This document shows positions 33,896 to 44,720 of a DNA stretch of 64,000 bases, piece by piece. Location: positions 53,689 through 117,688 of IMG/VR virus record IMGVR_UViG_3300042541_001760; one strand, written 5' to 3'. The first letter of the stretch is position 1. Each line of letters opens with the position of its first letter. The notes under the pieces were generated by a model, which saw only the letters and a list, made by a program, of their open reading frames with translations, did not search any database and was not told where the DNA came from. A program made the position numbers and the translations under genes. This DNA comes from a virus.

Positions 33896-34414
33896 TTATT
33901 TTAACATCTTAAAAACCTTGATGAAGTATAAAGGATCCTTCATTTCATACCTATATACGTTATCCGTAACCAAGTTCTCAATTACTATTGTCTTAGTGGG
34001 ATATGTAGATATCAGTTTAGTTTGGTATGGTGTTAACCTAAACCAAGCATCAATTTTACAACTCATTCTATTACGAATATTGTAAGTTGAGAATGAGTCA
34101 ACAGAGGTAACAAATGTAAGCTTACCAGAGTCACTACAATAGTGCTTATCTTTGTAAGTAACCTTAAATTCTTGAATAAACTGATACTCTTTACTCATAT
34201 CAGCATTATCAATAACAGGTTGTACGACAATTAACGAATCCTTATGAATATAAGGAGCAGGTTGCTCACCATATGGTTTAATGTCCTTATTCTCATATGT
34301 TTTTATAAATTCACAATGAGAGCAAGGTTCATTTTGACCAATTGGAGCAAAGGACAGAAAAAGCATAAGAATCAACGAGGTAATTATGGATAGTTTCATA
34401 ACAATAAATATCAA
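33896..34414 (-). CDS. Secreted hypothetical protein
   Basis: 172 aa with an N-terminal signal peptide (MIFIVMKLSIITSLILMLFLSFA). Confidence 0.5.
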   Translation of the reverse strand: MIFIVMKLSIITSLILMLFLSFAPIGQNEPCSHCEFIKTYENKDIKPYGEQPAPYIHKDSLIVVQPVIDNADMSKEYQFIQEFKVTYKDKHYCSDSGKLTFVTSVDSFSTYNIRNRMSCKIDAWFRLTPYQTKLISTYPTKTIVIENLVTDNVYRYEMKDPLYFIKVFKMLK

Positions 34415-34547
34415 GAAAACTTGATTATTTAAAAAAAAATATTAAATAATCTTTACATTTATTACACTACTCGTATTATATTAGATAATTTAATTTTAAG
34501 TAAACCCTTATTTTTAGTTATGGTTAGGATATTACTAAATTGTTTAC

Positions 34548-34555
34548 TATATTTG
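34548..34555 (+). promoter_or_regulatory. Bacteroidetes -7 promoter consensus TATATTTG
   Basis: Exact TAnnTTTG, 38 nt upstream of ATG 34593. Confidence 0.4.
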
Positions 34556-34592
34556 CGTTAATTAATATAAAATAAAAACATAATAGAATGAA

Positions 34593-35090
34593 ATGGAAAG
34601 GGTTTTAGTATTAAATTCGGATTATACCCCTCTGAACGTAACTACTATGATCAGAGGATTCAATTTGGTTAATAAAGGTAAGGCGGAGATTCTAAAGGCA
34701 GGAGATAAACCCATATTAACAGGAGAACAAACATTTACAAGACCCTTAATTATAAGGTTATTTACTTATATTAAATACAGAGTTAAAAATCTTAAAGTTA
34801 GTAGAAGTCGTTTATATAAAAGAGATGGTCATAAATGTTCATACTGTGGGTCACCAAAGAATTTAACAATAGACCACGTAATACCAAAATCTAAAGGCGG
34901 AACAAATAGATGGACTAATTTAATTACCTGTTGCGGGTCTTGTAACAGGAAAAAAGGTAACAAAACACCCGAAGAAGCGGGAATGACATTAAACATAATA
35001 CCATATGAGCCTTCATTATTTTCGGAGGTGTTTCACAATTCAATTGAAGCGGTATGGAACGAATTTCAAAAAACAATGGGTTTCAAATGA
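34593..35090 (+). CDS. HNH endonuclease
   Basis: 165 aa. CSYCGSPKNLTIDHVIPKSKGGTNRWTNLITCCGSCNRKKGN (HNH with zinc-binding Cys pairs). Confidence 0.85.
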   Translation: MERVLVLNSDYTPLNVTTMIRGFNLVNKGKAEILKAGDKPILTGEQTFTRPLIIRLFTYIKYRVKNLKVSRSRLYKRDGHKCSYCGSPKNLTIDHVIPKSKGGTNRWTNLITCCGSCNRKKGNKTPEEAGMTLNIIPYEPSLFSEVFHNSIEAVWNEFQKTMGFK

Positions 35091-37630
35091 AAAAACTACT
35101 TATATCACTTAATTTAATATTACTTTCGTTTGTTGGGTTCTCCCAAAATGATTGTATGGGATTTCAAAGTTCGATTGTTAATCCCTTACCTGTTGGTGGG
35201 GGTTATGCTCCCGGAACTGTGGTTCAATATTGTGTTACATACAATAATTGGAATACTAATTTAGGTGCTAATTGGTGTGAAGGATTTAACATTACAATCG
35301 GACCTGGTTGGGTACCGGGTTCAATAACTTCAGTAACCCTACCAAATAACTTAAATGGTGGAAATGGTCAATGGTTGTGGGTTCCGGGGACATTTAATGG
35401 AGATCCAGGTTCATCAGGTGGTGCGGGAAATAACTTTGGACCGGGGTTCTTTTTTGATGAAGATAGTGATGGTATAACTAATAATGATTGGGGTGATTTT
35501 GGAACAGGTCCTTGGACTTTTTGTTTTAGTGTTACGGCAGGCGCGGTGGCAGGAACATCATTATCTTTACAGGTCTCACCCGTTAGTGATGGGTATGCCG
35601 GAAGTTGGGGTAACGCAGGGTGTAACGGAGAATATCAATATCAATTATCACCCGGTAGTACGGTATTAGGTTGTATTGTTCCACCTCTTGTAACACAATC
35701 ATCAGTTACCGACGCTACTTGTAGTGGATTCGCTGATGGATCCTTTAATGTTGTGGGGTCAAATGGGGTCTCTCCTTACACTTATTATGTAAATGGTGTC
35801 GTAACACCAATGCCTGTAAATAATGTCCTTGCGGGGGTTTATGTGGTGTCTTGTGAAGATGATAATGGGTGTGTTAGTTTACCAATCAATGTTACCGTGG
35901 GTGAAAACACAACGGTGGTTAATAATACCTCACAATTACAAGATAATGTTTGTTTTGGGGAATCCAATGGTAGTTTTACAATAAGTTCTGTTAATGGTTT
36001 ATTACCTTACACATATACCTTAAACGGTGGTTCAAATAACACGGGAACATTCACGAACTTAACCGCAGGAAATTATGTTGTAAATGTTTCGGATGATAAT
36101 GGTTGTAATACCAATCACAATGTAACTATAACCGAACCAACCCAACTAACAAACACGATACCCGTTATAACTGACATTGATTGTTTCGGAAATACTAATG
36201 GAACAATATCGGTTACCGCAAATAACGGAACACCACCTTATATATACACCTTAAATGGGGTAACAAATAACACAGGTAGTTTTACAAACTTGGGTGCGGG
36301 TACTTACTCTATGGATATCACCGACGATAACGGTTGTCAGATAATCATCCCAAGTATTGTTGTGTCAGGTCCGGCTCAACCATTACAAGGTAATCTATCT
36401 ACGGTACAACCAACTTGTTTTGGGTATTCAGATGGGTCAATATCGTCAGTTGTTATTGGTGGAACTCCTCCATATACTTATCTTTGGAATAACTTACAAA
36501 TAACGTCACTAATAACCAATTTATCTTCGGGGTGGTACCAAGTTGTGGTAACTGACGATAATCTTTGTCAGACAACATTAACTCATCAATTGGGTCAGCC
36601 TATGAGGATTGATTTAACTGGTATTAATTCAGAGGTTATTTGTTTTGGTGAGGATGTTTACATATCGGTTAGTCAGATAAATGCCGTTACACCATATAAT
36701 ATTGTTTGGGCTAATTCAGTAAACGCAACAACTAACAATAATGATATTTGGGTTGTTCCCCCATCCGATGTAACTTATACATCAACACTAACTGATAATA
36801 ATGGTTGTATGGCAACACATAATTTTAATGTTACTGTAAATCCATTACCTGACCCATCCTTCACCCAAAGTGATATAACAGGATGTAATCCCAAGTGTAT
36901 TGATTTCTCAATTATAAACCCTAACCCTAATTATATTTACGATTGGACTATGGGTACTGGATCTGATCGTAGTGGTGACATCATTAAATATTGTTATCCT
37001 ATGGATGGTACCTATGATGTCAGAGTAATTGCCACCACAAATTTGGGATGTAAGGATACCTTATTTAAACCTAATCATATTATAATTAATCTGTCACCTG
37101 TTGCTCAATTTTCAATATCACCTGAGAGTGTAACTGACATTATGTCACCTTATTTTGAATTTGGTAACCTATCTAAGGACGCGATGTCATATTTTTGGAG
37201 TTTTGACGATTCTCAGACATCAATAGATGAAAATACCGAACATACTTATATTTCTCCTGGTGAGTATTGCGTTAAATTAATTGCCACCACAACTTTTAGT
37301 TCGGGAATACCAACTTGTGTTGATTCTATTATTAATTGTGTCACCATTAATCCATTATCAGTTTTATATATACCAAATGCGTTTACACCAAATGGTGATA
37401 ATACCAATGATTACTTTTATGTTAGTTCGTCAAGGATATATGATTATCATTTAACAATTTATAATAAGTGGGGTACTAAAATATTCCAAACATACGATTT
37501 GGATGCCACTTGGGACGGTACTTATGGTACAAGTATTGTAGAGGATGGTGTGTATTCTTATTTTGTGAGTTATAGGGATGTGGAAATGAGAAAATACGCA
37601 AAAAACGGTACGTTAACTGTATTAAAATAA
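35087..37630 (+). CDS. Secreted cell-surface adhesin-like protein: signal peptide, 4x SprB-type repeats, 2x PKD domains, type-B T9SS C-terminal domain (CHU_C)
   Basis: Start placed at MKKLLISLNLILLSFVGFSQ (signal peptide). The track ORF begins 11 codons earlier. Four repeats of the form NG..PYTYTLNG...TGTFTNL.AGNY...DDNGC. PKD-like segments YDWTMGTGSDRSGDIIKYCYPMDGTYDVRVIATT and FWSFDDSQTS...HTYISPGEYCVKLIATT. The C-terminus IPNAFTPNGDNTNDYFYV is the gliding-motility-associated/T9SS type-B CTD signature. Confidence 0.8.
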   Translation: MKKLLISLNLILLSFVGFSQNDCMGFQSSIVNPLPVGGGYAPGTVVQYCVTYNNWNTNLGANWCEGFNITIGPGWVPGSITSVTLPNNLNGGNGQWLWVPGTFNGDPGSSGGAGNNFGPGFFFDEDSDGITNNDWGDFGTGPWTFCFSVTAGAVAGTSLSLQVSPVSDGYAGSWGNAGCNGEYQYQLSPGSTVLGCIVPPLVTQSSVTDATCSGFADGSFNVVGSNGVSPYTYYVNGVVTPMPVNNVLAGVYVVSCEDDNGCVSLPINVTVGENTTVVNNTSQLQDNVCFGESNGSFTISSVNGLLPYTYTLNGGSNNTGTFTNLTAGNYVVNVSDDNGCNTNHNVTITEPTQLTNTIPVITDIDCFGNTNGTISVTANNGTPPYIYTLNGVTNNTGSFTNLGAGTYSMDITDDNGCQIIIPSIVVSGPAQPLQGNLSTVQPTCFGYSDGSISSVVIGGTPPYTYLWNNLQITSLITNLSSGWYQVVVTDDNLCQTTLTHQLGQPMRIDLTGINSEVICFGEDVYISVSQINAVTPYNIVWANSVNATTNNNDIWVVPPSDVTYTSTLTDNNGCMATHNFNVTVNPLPDPSFTQSDITGCNPKCIDFSIINPNPNYIYDWTMGTGSDRSGDIIKYCYPMDGTYDVRVIATTNLGCKDTLFKPNHIIINLSPVAQFSISPESVTDIMSPYFEFGNLSKDAMSYFWSFDDSQTSIDENTEHTYISPGEYCVKLIATTTFSSGIPTCVDSIINCVTINPLSVLYIPNAFTPNGDNTNDYFYVSSSRIYDYHLTIYNKWGTKIFQTYDLDATWDGTYGTSIVEDGVYSYFVSYRDVEMRKYAKNGTLTVLK

Positions 37631-37723
37631 AAGGGTATCTCTCGATACCCTTTTATTAGATTTGGAACACCCCCCTTTCTTAGATGTTTATACTAAACAG
37701 ACCTCAAGTCCGAAAAGTCACAT

Positions 37724-38329
37724 TTACGATAAAGCCTTTGACTTCATCTCGGAAAATTTCTTCTCCATTTTTGATCCGATTTTGTCCAATAAAGGACAAA
37801 TCATTGTTTTTAAATCTGATTTAAAAGACCTTTCAAAATTATTTATATAAATCTCATCTGATAGCCCCATATTACTAATAACTTGTTTTGATAAAACTTC
37901 ACAGAAATGATTACAATCTGAAAATAATTTTGCAGTTTCTTCAGGACTTACTTCGTCTGTAATTTTTTTAATTGAACTACTTAAAATTGAATCCGATTTT
38001 AATTTTAATTTCTCAATCAAGAAATCCGCTGAAGCCGTTCTAAAAGCGTTTGTTATTTGAGTTCCTCCACCATCTTTAAATAAAGTATTAAAAAGGTCTA
38101 ATAGACTCTCATTAATTAATTCATTATTGTGGTTTAAAGTTCTTAATTTAACAGATTCTTTAATCACGCTAGAATATAATTTAATCATTTCATTTTTAGT
38201 TTTAACGTTAGACGACTCCAATATAATGTTAAATCTATTTTTGATTATATTAGACTCTTGTATTAAACTACTTTTAGTTTCTTTAACCTCTAAAAGATTT
38301 TTTCTTATTGTCTTACTTAAATTTCTCAT
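37724..38329 (-). CDS. Hypothetical protein
   Basis: 201-aa ORF. A TATATAAATAC box lies just upstream of the start. Confidence 0.5.
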   Translation of the reverse strand: MRNLSKTIRKNLLEVKETKSSLIQESNIIKNRFNIILESSNVKTKNEMIKLYSSVIKESVKLRTLNHNNELINESLLDLFNTLFKDGGGTQITNAFRTASADFLIEKLKLKSDSILSSSIKKITDEVSPEETAKLFSDCNHFCEVLSKQVISNMGLSDEIYINNFERSFKSDLKTMICPLLDKIGSKMEKKFSEMKSKALS

Positions 38330-38350
38330 ATCTTTATATAAATACTTTTA

Positions 38351-40126
38351 TTAATCTCTAAATCCGTATATACCCACACGTTTTTTTCTTGATGCCCATA
38401 TATTGTCAAGACTATTATCGGTTGCGAAATGGAATTTATGTTGGGTTTTACAACGAGTTATGTATTGCTTAGCAATATCTATCGACACTTCACTTTGAAC
38501 AGGATATTTTTTATCTGAAGCGTTTTTATACATATTAATTAATTCTCTACAAGTTTTCTTAACCGTAATTGGATTTTTAAGTTCATTGTAATTTTTCTCT
38601 ATATAACTGTTAAACTCCTGTGCCGTGCCGGTGAAGGTTGCCTTAACCGACATACAATAAGGTGTTGTAAATATGGTTGAGTGTTTTTCGTGAAGTTTTA
38701 CAAAAAATAAAATATCATTGGTTTGTGATGTATTACACGGAACTGCGATATATCCTTTATCGGTATATTGTGTAATTATTTGTTTTTGTTGTGGTTTTTC
38801 AATAGTCACTTCACTTGTTTGCTTATAAACAAAGTCTTTTTTAGGTTCAGTAAATAAGGAAGGATTACCATATATTTTATCACTATTTAAATCTATAACG
38901 TCATATTTACCTAGATTCACCTCAATAGTATCTGCGGTTAAAGAAAGACCGTGAGTAGTTACTAATTTATCTTTATATTCTGTTTTTTTAGTATCCAATT
39001 CAGAGTCTTGTATCTTTTTTAACTCGGCATCCTTAGTTTGTATAGCCGTAAGGTACGGTTCTCTAGTTTTAACAATTTGTTCTTTAATTGACGGTCTACC
39101 CGTTTTATTCATTATATCTAACCATCTCTTAATTGATTCATTTAATGAATCTTCAATATTTAATGAATACTCCCCTTTAAACTCAGGGGTACTAAAAGTA
39201 CCATCTGTATATTCTAAATACATAGGTTCATTACCATTTTTAGGTGGGAAAAATCTAAATCCTCGTCCGTCTATTATTTTTTCATAAACTGTTAATGGAA
39301 ATCCACCAATCGGATATTCTTTCATTTCACCTTCACTAAAAGATGCTTTATTTTTGTCCATCCAATTATTTCTTTCCTCATTTGGATTTTTTTCTTGAAC
39401 GATTACCTCACCACTTATAAATAAATTTATTAACTTTTTACCATTGATTTTGTGTTCTGCTGCGGTTTTTATATGAACACTATTACATTTACCTTTTGTA
39501 CTCAATTTTTTGTCGTCTATGTCAACAGGTAAACCTGGTATGTTCGCGGCTATTTCAGGATAATTCTCATTAACCCAAAGTCTGAATTCGTTAGCCTGTT
39601 TTTTATCTTTGAATGGTTTACAATCTACGGGAGTTGGGTTATCTAAATCTACCCATTTTTCAGTATCACTTCTCCATTCTTCATTATCACTAACCGTATG
39701 ACACACCAAAACACCACCTTCACAACGCCAAGTACCAATAAAATCTGTATTACCACTAATTTCATAATAAACGAATCTACCAGTAGGTTGGAAATAATAC
39801 TCTGACTCAACAGGGGTTTCCATATAAAATTTAACTTGGTATTCCTCCGACCCTGTAGAATTTGATAAAGTTTTACCTTTATCCTTTACGTATTTATTTA
39901 AACATGAAGCACCATCTGCGGTTAACCATTCCGGTAAACTCGTTGATGGTGTCGGTGCGGTTTTTCTTTTTTTATAGAACTTATCATCATCACATTTTTT
40001 TACAATCCAAGTTTTACCTCCTTGGGTATATTCTTCTCCGTCTGTTTTTTTGGTAGGTGGAGCTAGTATCCAACCCTCAGATTTTGGGCAATTAGTTGAG
40101 TCTTCCAACAATAATTTATTTCTCAT
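38351..40126 (-). CDS. Hypothetical protein
   Basis: 591-aa ORF. Cys/Trp-containing, no known motif. A TATATATAAATATC box lies upstream. Confidence 0.55.
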   Translation of the reverse strand: MRNKLLLEDSTNCPKSEGWILAPPTKKTDGEEYTQGGKTWIVKKCDDDKFYKKRKTAPTPSTSLPEWLTADGASCLNKYVKDKGKTLSNSTGSEEYQVKFYMETPVESEYYFQPTGRFVYYEISGNTDFIGTWRCEGGVLVCHTVSDNEEWRSDTEKWVDLDNPTPVDCKPFKDKKQANEFRLWVNENYPEIAANIPGLPVDIDDKKLSTKGKCNSVHIKTAAEHKINGKKLINLFISGEVIVQEKNPNEERNNWMDKNKASFSEGEMKEYPIGGFPLTVYEKIIDGRGFRFFPPKNGNEPMYLEYTDGTFSTPEFKGEYSLNIEDSLNESIKRWLDIMNKTGRPSIKEQIVKTREPYLTAIQTKDAELKKIQDSELDTKKTEYKDKLVTTHGLSLTADTIEVNLGKYDVIDLNSDKIYGNPSLFTEPKKDFVYKQTSEVTIEKPQQKQIITQYTDKGYIAVPCNTSQTNDILFFVKLHEKHSTIFTTPYCMSVKATFTGTAQEFNSYIEKNYNELKNPITVKKTCRELINMYKNASDKKYPVQSEVSIDIAKQYITRCKTQHKFHFATDNSLDNIWASRKKRVGIYGFRD

Positions 40127-40160
40127 ATTTCTTATATATAAATATCACTAATTAATTTTA

Positions 40161-42350
40161 TTATTTCATTATATCCCATATATTATCTTTATATTGATAA
40201 CCATGACCATCAGAATCCTCACCATATGGTATATTGTCATAAACCTGATGAGTCCCCTCCTCATATGTTTTACCTATAGTTGATAAATATGATTTGAAAT
40301 CGTCTACGTCACCTGGTTTTTTAGGAATTGTAGGTGTTGTTTGATTATTCGATTCTTCCTCTTTTTTCACCCACCTAAGATTCTCATATTTATATACAAC
40401 TCCTTCACTATCCATCGCGTAAGGGGGATTGCCATTCATCATTGGGAAATATGAGTCTTCTCCATAACTTCTTGGAGGATCCATACTTGCTAAGTAATCA
40501 AAGAATTCTTTTAATATCTTTTCGTTAACCTTCATTTCAGCTTCGGTCCAATTTTCACTCCAAGATTTTCTCATTGATTCGTTAGCCTTTGAAAGTTTTT
40601 CAGCGGCCTCTTTTAATTTCTCCTCTCCCTGAGCAATCATCTCGTCAATTTGTTTTTCAAAAGTGGATTTTTTATTCAAATCTAGATTATCTATTACTCC
40701 CACAACTAAATTTGAAATATCACCTATCATACCTGGGCTTAATTTCCAAATTTCCGTTGCGTTCTTTGCCTTTGTATTTTCGTCAGACACATCAGGTAAG
40801 TTTTCTGACCCAAACGGATTAATTTGTCTCCACCAACCACCGAAAAAACCGCCAGTTTCTTGAGGTATATTTGATGGAGAATAATCCATTGAGTAATCCG
40901 CAACAAGTCTGTATAATCTACTATTATTAATTTTTTTACAAGCTTCTGAATTAGTATCATTCGATTTAATACACGCTTGAACATCAGGATTCATCCACAC
41001 ATAAGCGGCTGCATTTTTTACCGTTATAAGAAAACCTACATAAACGTGCCACTTAAAGAAATTCGTAATTAAATCTCTATAATATACTGTTTTAGCTCCC
41101 CTTAATCCATATTTAATAATAATATCTTTATAATATTCATTTGTCATAGTTGGAAATCCACGTCTACTACCCGTTTGAATATTCTTCAAAAAACTTGTTT
41201 TTGCTTCTGGAACCGTTAATATTTTTTTTCGCGAAACCCAATTAACGATTTTATAACTTCGTATAATATCTGATTCAAACATGAGTTTCAGATCTGTTGT
41301 TAAAGATCCCCAAAATCTTTTAAAGACTGGCATGTACTCAGCGACTTTACCAAAAGTTTTATAAAATTCCCATTCACTATCACCTGATTTAATTGATTGC
41401 CAAGCATCCCTCCAATCTTTATTGACTTTTGCAACATCATCAAAATATTTTCTGATATAAACAAAATAATTGGTGCTATTTCTATATAACCATTCCAATT
41501 CTTTCTTTAATCTATCTTCTAGTTTGGCTTGAAGTTCTACTTCTTTACCTTCTTTTTTATATGACTCTAATTGTTTGGCTATTCGTTGTATTTTTTGAAT
41601 TTTAGATTTTTTTGGCGCCCACATGTTCTTTAATTTATCAAAAAAATCATCTAAAAAGTTAGGGTCTAATAATTTGGGTAAATTACTTGGTAAAGGAACA
41701 CTATCCCAATTCGAAATATCCCAAATTTTCTTATACTCCGTTTCGGGTATATTATCAACAACATCATCAATAACCGTTTCAGGTACCACATCATCTACCA
41801 CATCATCCGCAGGTTTTGGTTTAGGTTCTATAACATCATCTGCATCTTTTCTTATTTTATCTAATTTAGTACGTAAAGAATCTCTCAATTTTTTTTTAGC
41901 TAATTCATCCATAATATCATCGCCTGTGTTTGGTGGAAAATCATCCGCCATCATTTTCAATATCGATTCATCATCGGATCCTCTATCAATAGCAGCTCTC
42001 ATAAAATCATCTGTATCCTTAGCCACCGCAATATCATCAATTTGTTTTCGTACTTGGTCTGTGAATTTACTACGCATCAGAATATCTATCTCATTTCTCA
42101 TTAAAACATCCGACTTTTTCCAAAAATCGTCTATTATCTCCGCTTTCGCTTTTGGGGTACTAGCATTTTCTAATTTATTAACAAATTCTTCTGCGGCTTG
42201 TTTTACACCCCTTTTTTCTCCCGCTACGATTATCCCTTGTATAAAATCATCTATAAAACTTTGTTCCATCAATAGGTTTTTTTTCACACCCATAATTTCC
42301 CTTATTCTATTTAATTCCTCATTTAGATATTTTTTTTGATTTTTCATCAT
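40161..42350 (-). CDS. Large leader-family protein (N-terminus ...YLNEELNRIREIMG)
   Basis: 729 aa. The N-terminal segment matches the MNLQENIQRIQEVMG leader pattern. The body is acidic and helical. The antisense ORF 41623-42339 is a low-complexity artefact. Confidence 0.55.
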   Translation of the reverse strand: MMKNQKKYLNEELNRIREIMGVKKNLLMEQSFIDDFIQGIIVAGEKRGVKQAAEEFVNKLENASTPKAKAEIIDDFWKKSDVLMRNEIDILMRSKFTDQVRKQIDDIAVAKDTDDFMRAAIDRGSDDESILKMMADDFPPNTGDDIMDELAKKKLRDSLRTKLDKIRKDADDVIEPKPKPADDVVDDVVPETVIDDVVDNIPETEYKKIWDISNWDSVPLPSNLPKLLDPNFLDDFFDKLKNMWAPKKSKIQKIQRIAKQLESYKKEGKEVELQAKLEDRLKKELEWLYRNSTNYFVYIRKYFDDVAKVNKDWRDAWQSIKSGDSEWEFYKTFGKVAEYMPVFKRFWGSLTTDLKLMFESDIIRSYKIVNWVSRKKILTVPEAKTSFLKNIQTGSRRGFPTMTNEYYKDIIIKYGLRGAKTVYYRDLITNFFKWHVYVGFLITVKNAAAYVWMNPDVQACIKSNDTNSEACKKINNSRLYRLVADYSMDYSPSNIPQETGGFFGGWWRQINPFGSENLPDVSDENTKAKNATEIWKLSPGMIGDISNLVVGVIDNLDLNKKSTFEKQIDEMIAQGEEKLKEAAEKLSKANESMRKSWSENWTEAEMKVNEKILKEFFDYLASMDPPRSYGEDSYFPMMNGNPPYAMDSEGVVYKYENLRWVKKEEESNNQTTPTIPKKPGDVDDFKSYLSTIGKTYEEGTHQVYDNIPYGEDSDGHGYQYKDNIWDIMK

Positions 42351-43767
42351 ATAGTTTTTTTAATTTTTTAATTGTTTCGGAACCCACAATTCCGTCAAAT
42401 TTTATTAAATCATTATCCACTTGGAAATCTATTACGGCATCAAACGTGGATTGACCGAAATCTCCGTCTACGCCATCGCTGTTTTTTCCTGAAGTCCCTA
42501 AATTATAATCTAACGCCACTAACATTTTTTGTATTTCTTTAACAAGATTATTTTTTTGATTTTTTTGTAAAGTATATTTTCCGTCAATTATCCCTTGTAA
42601 TGTCATAGGTTCTGATTTTTTTAAATCAGTGCCAGAAACTCCAAATTTACTCTCCAATCTTTTCAAATACTCAGAATAATCACTTTTTATTTCTAAATCA
42701 AAACCTTTCTCTTCCGCATGTGCGAATAATTCTTCATCAGTCATGTTTTCTTTTAGAAGATACTCTTTGATTTCTTTTTGTCCTTCCTCATTAACATTAC
42801 CATCTTTATCAAATAATTTTTGATATATTGCCCATAAACCCTCTTTAAGTTGGTCGTCCAATGTTCCCGCATATAACGAATCCATTATTTTGGAAAAGGA
42901 TGCCTTATCTCTCATTTTTTTTCTGTAGGATTCTGGCGTTGTGTATAATGTCCAAAATTTGTCAACTGTAATTGTGACACCCAAAACTTTTATGACAGTA
43001 GAACCTGTCCATTTAAATAATTTCATTAAAAATCCTAAAATGGAGCTCAAACTCAATCCCATAAGTTTAGCTCTAAATACAATAAGAGCATTTTTAGTGA
43101 ATTTTTTTAATAAAGTAGGTGCCATTTCCTCAACACCATCCCTAAATGCTAAAAGTAATCTTTCTTGTGCCTCAGTTAAACCTTGTTTCCCTGACTTGTA
43201 TGATTTTATCCATTTAGTTAAAGTTTCTGGGGAGGCCTTCTCAAGTAATTTAATAACATCATCACCGTACTTCAAAAACTTAGGTGATTTTTTTAGAATT
43301 GTTACTAATTCACCTCCAGGTATTAATTGTAAAGCCAACATCATAGTTCCCATGTAAGGGTCCTTCTCCCCGAAGTAAACAATAGCATCCGCAACCCCTA
43401 CGGCCAATGATGCCGAAATCATAACACCACCAATAACTTGTGTAAACCCTAATGGAATTAGACTTATCAAACCCCCACCAACAAGTAAACCTAATTCTAT
43501 GTACGAAGAAGTTTCATGATCCCAACCTTGTGCCGTTGTTGGATCTGAATAATTACCTTTTTTTCCTCTTTCTTGTGTCTGAATAACATATTGACTATTT
43601 GGACCAACCCAATCTGATTTTGATCCACAACATTTTTCAGAATATTTACCATCAGGACACTTACAACCTAATTCACTATCCTCACTTATATAGTTCTCCA
43701 AAAGTGTTTTATTTGAGTTATACCCAATTAGGAATTTTATTCTATTAAAATTTTCTTGATCTTCCAT
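42319..43767 (-). CDS. Leader-family membrane protein with C-terminal PG-binding domain
   Basis: 482 aa. N-terminus MEDQENFNRIKFLIG. Hydrophobic segments LGLLVGGGLISLIPLGFTQVIGGVMISASLAVGVADAIVYF. C-terminal PG_binding_1-like IQKMLVALDYNLGTSGKNSDGVDGDFGQSTFDAVIDFQ. Confidence 0.6.
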   Translation of the reverse strand: MEDQENFNRIKFLIGYNSNKTLLENYISEDSELGCKCPDGKYSEKCCGSKSDWVGPNSQYVIQTQERGKKGNYSDPTTAQGWDHETSSYIELGLLVGGGLISLIPLGFTQVIGGVMISASLAVGVADAIVYFGEKDPYMGTMMLALQLIPGGELVTILKKSPKFLKYGDDVIKLLEKASPETLTKWIKSYKSGKQGLTEAQERLLLAFRDGVEEMAPTLLKKFTKNALIVFRAKLMGLSLSSILGFLMKLFKWTGSTVIKVLGVTITVDKFWTLYTTPESYRKKMRDKASFSKIMDSLYAGTLDDQLKEGLWAIYQKLFDKDGNVNEEGQKEIKEYLLKENMTDEELFAHAEEKGFDLEIKSDYSEYLKRLESKFGVSGTDLKKSEPMTLQGIIDGKYTLQKNQKNNLVKEIQKMLVALDYNLGTSGKNSDGVDGDFGQSTFDAVIDFQVDNDLIKFDGIVGSETIKKLKKLYDEKSKKISK

Positions 43768-43835
43768 ATTTTTAAAAAAAATATTATTTAAATAAATAGT
43801 TTAATAAAGTAAAAAACATTACCTTTGTAAAAAAA

Positions 43836-44159
43836 ATGAAAGATATGTTGGACAATTTAGTTATCATAAATAGCGATAAATCGATTAAGCAAATTTGCGA
43901 GTCTGAAAAAGTATCAGATGTTGAGATTTTCTACATGACCGATAACACATCATTTGTGTCATCAGAGTTTGAGACTTTTGATTCGTACCTCAAAAGAAAT
44001 GCTGATGTTTATTTTAATATGAATATCAATCTCAAAGAAAATTATTTGGTTTTTTTAGGGGAACAGAGAAAAAAATATTTAATGGACGTAAAAAGTAAAT
44101 CGAAAACTAAATCGGTCAATATTTTTGGTTGGACTATATCGTTCTCTAAATCAAAGTAA
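43836..44159 (+). CDS. Hypothetical protein
   Basis: 107-aa ORF. Confidence 0.4.
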   Translation: MKDMLDNLVIINSDKSIKQICESEKVSDVEIFYMTDNTSFVSSEFETFDSYLKRNADVYFNMNINLKENYLVFLGEQRKKYLMDVKSKSKTKSVNIFGWTISFSKSK

Positions 44160-44456
44160 CGTATTCCCCTTCCCCCTCTTTATTGTGTAAAGAGTTGACC
44201 ATTTTGATTTAGGATCAATCGTATTTGCTACACCCCTTGTTAATCCTGTCTCCCACTTTGTAACGGCAGGATATCCTTTACCTCCTCCACCACCTGCGTC
44301 ACCACCTGCGGCTTCCTGTTCACCCAATTCTGAATCTACCCCATCATTGGTGTTACTTCTCATTAGAGAGATTAATTCGTCAATGTCAAATGTCATATGA
44401 ATAAATATTAGGATAATTGAAATAGTTATTATATATTTGTAATTATGAAAACTCAT
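44151..44456 (-). CDS. Hypothetical Gly-rich protein
   Basis: 101-aa ORF. The coding status of this locus is uncertain because the + ORFs 43836 and 44445 flank it. Confidence 0.35.
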   Translation of the reverse strand: MSFHNYKYIITISIILIFIHMTFDIDELISLMRSNTNDGVDSELGEQEAAGGDAGGGGGKGYPAVTKWETGLTRGVANTIDPKSKWSTLYTIKRGKGNTLL

Positions 44457-44720
44457 CCACTATATCAAAGTCCAAGATACGATGATAATGAAAATATCCG
44501 TAAAAAAGGATATAATGAGCGTTGTATTAGTTGTAATAAACCAATGAGACAACAAGATATTAAGTATTATGTTCATATGACAACTGATTGGGTTGCCATT
44601 GATAGTGAGAACTTATCTTTGATATCTAAATTGGGTTATTCCTCACAGGGGTATTTCCCAATCGGGGGAGAATGTCGTAAGAATATGCCACCAGAATTTA
44701 TATTCAAGAGAATGAAATGA
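44445..44720 (+). CDS. Hypothetical protein
   Basis: 91-aa ORF preceded by TATATTTG (44432-44439). Confidence 0.45.
   Translation: MKTHPLYQSPRYDDNENIRKKGYNERCISCNKPMRQQDIKYYVHMTTDWVAIDSENLSLISKLGYSSQGYFPIGGECRKNMPPEFIFKRMK

Noticed and set aside
41623-42339. 238-aa Ser-rich + strand ORF
   Set aside because: It is antisense to the 729-aa leader-family gene. Its composition (poly-Ser/Ile/Leu/Phe) is what an antisense reading of an acidic, Lys/Glu/Asp-rich gene produces.
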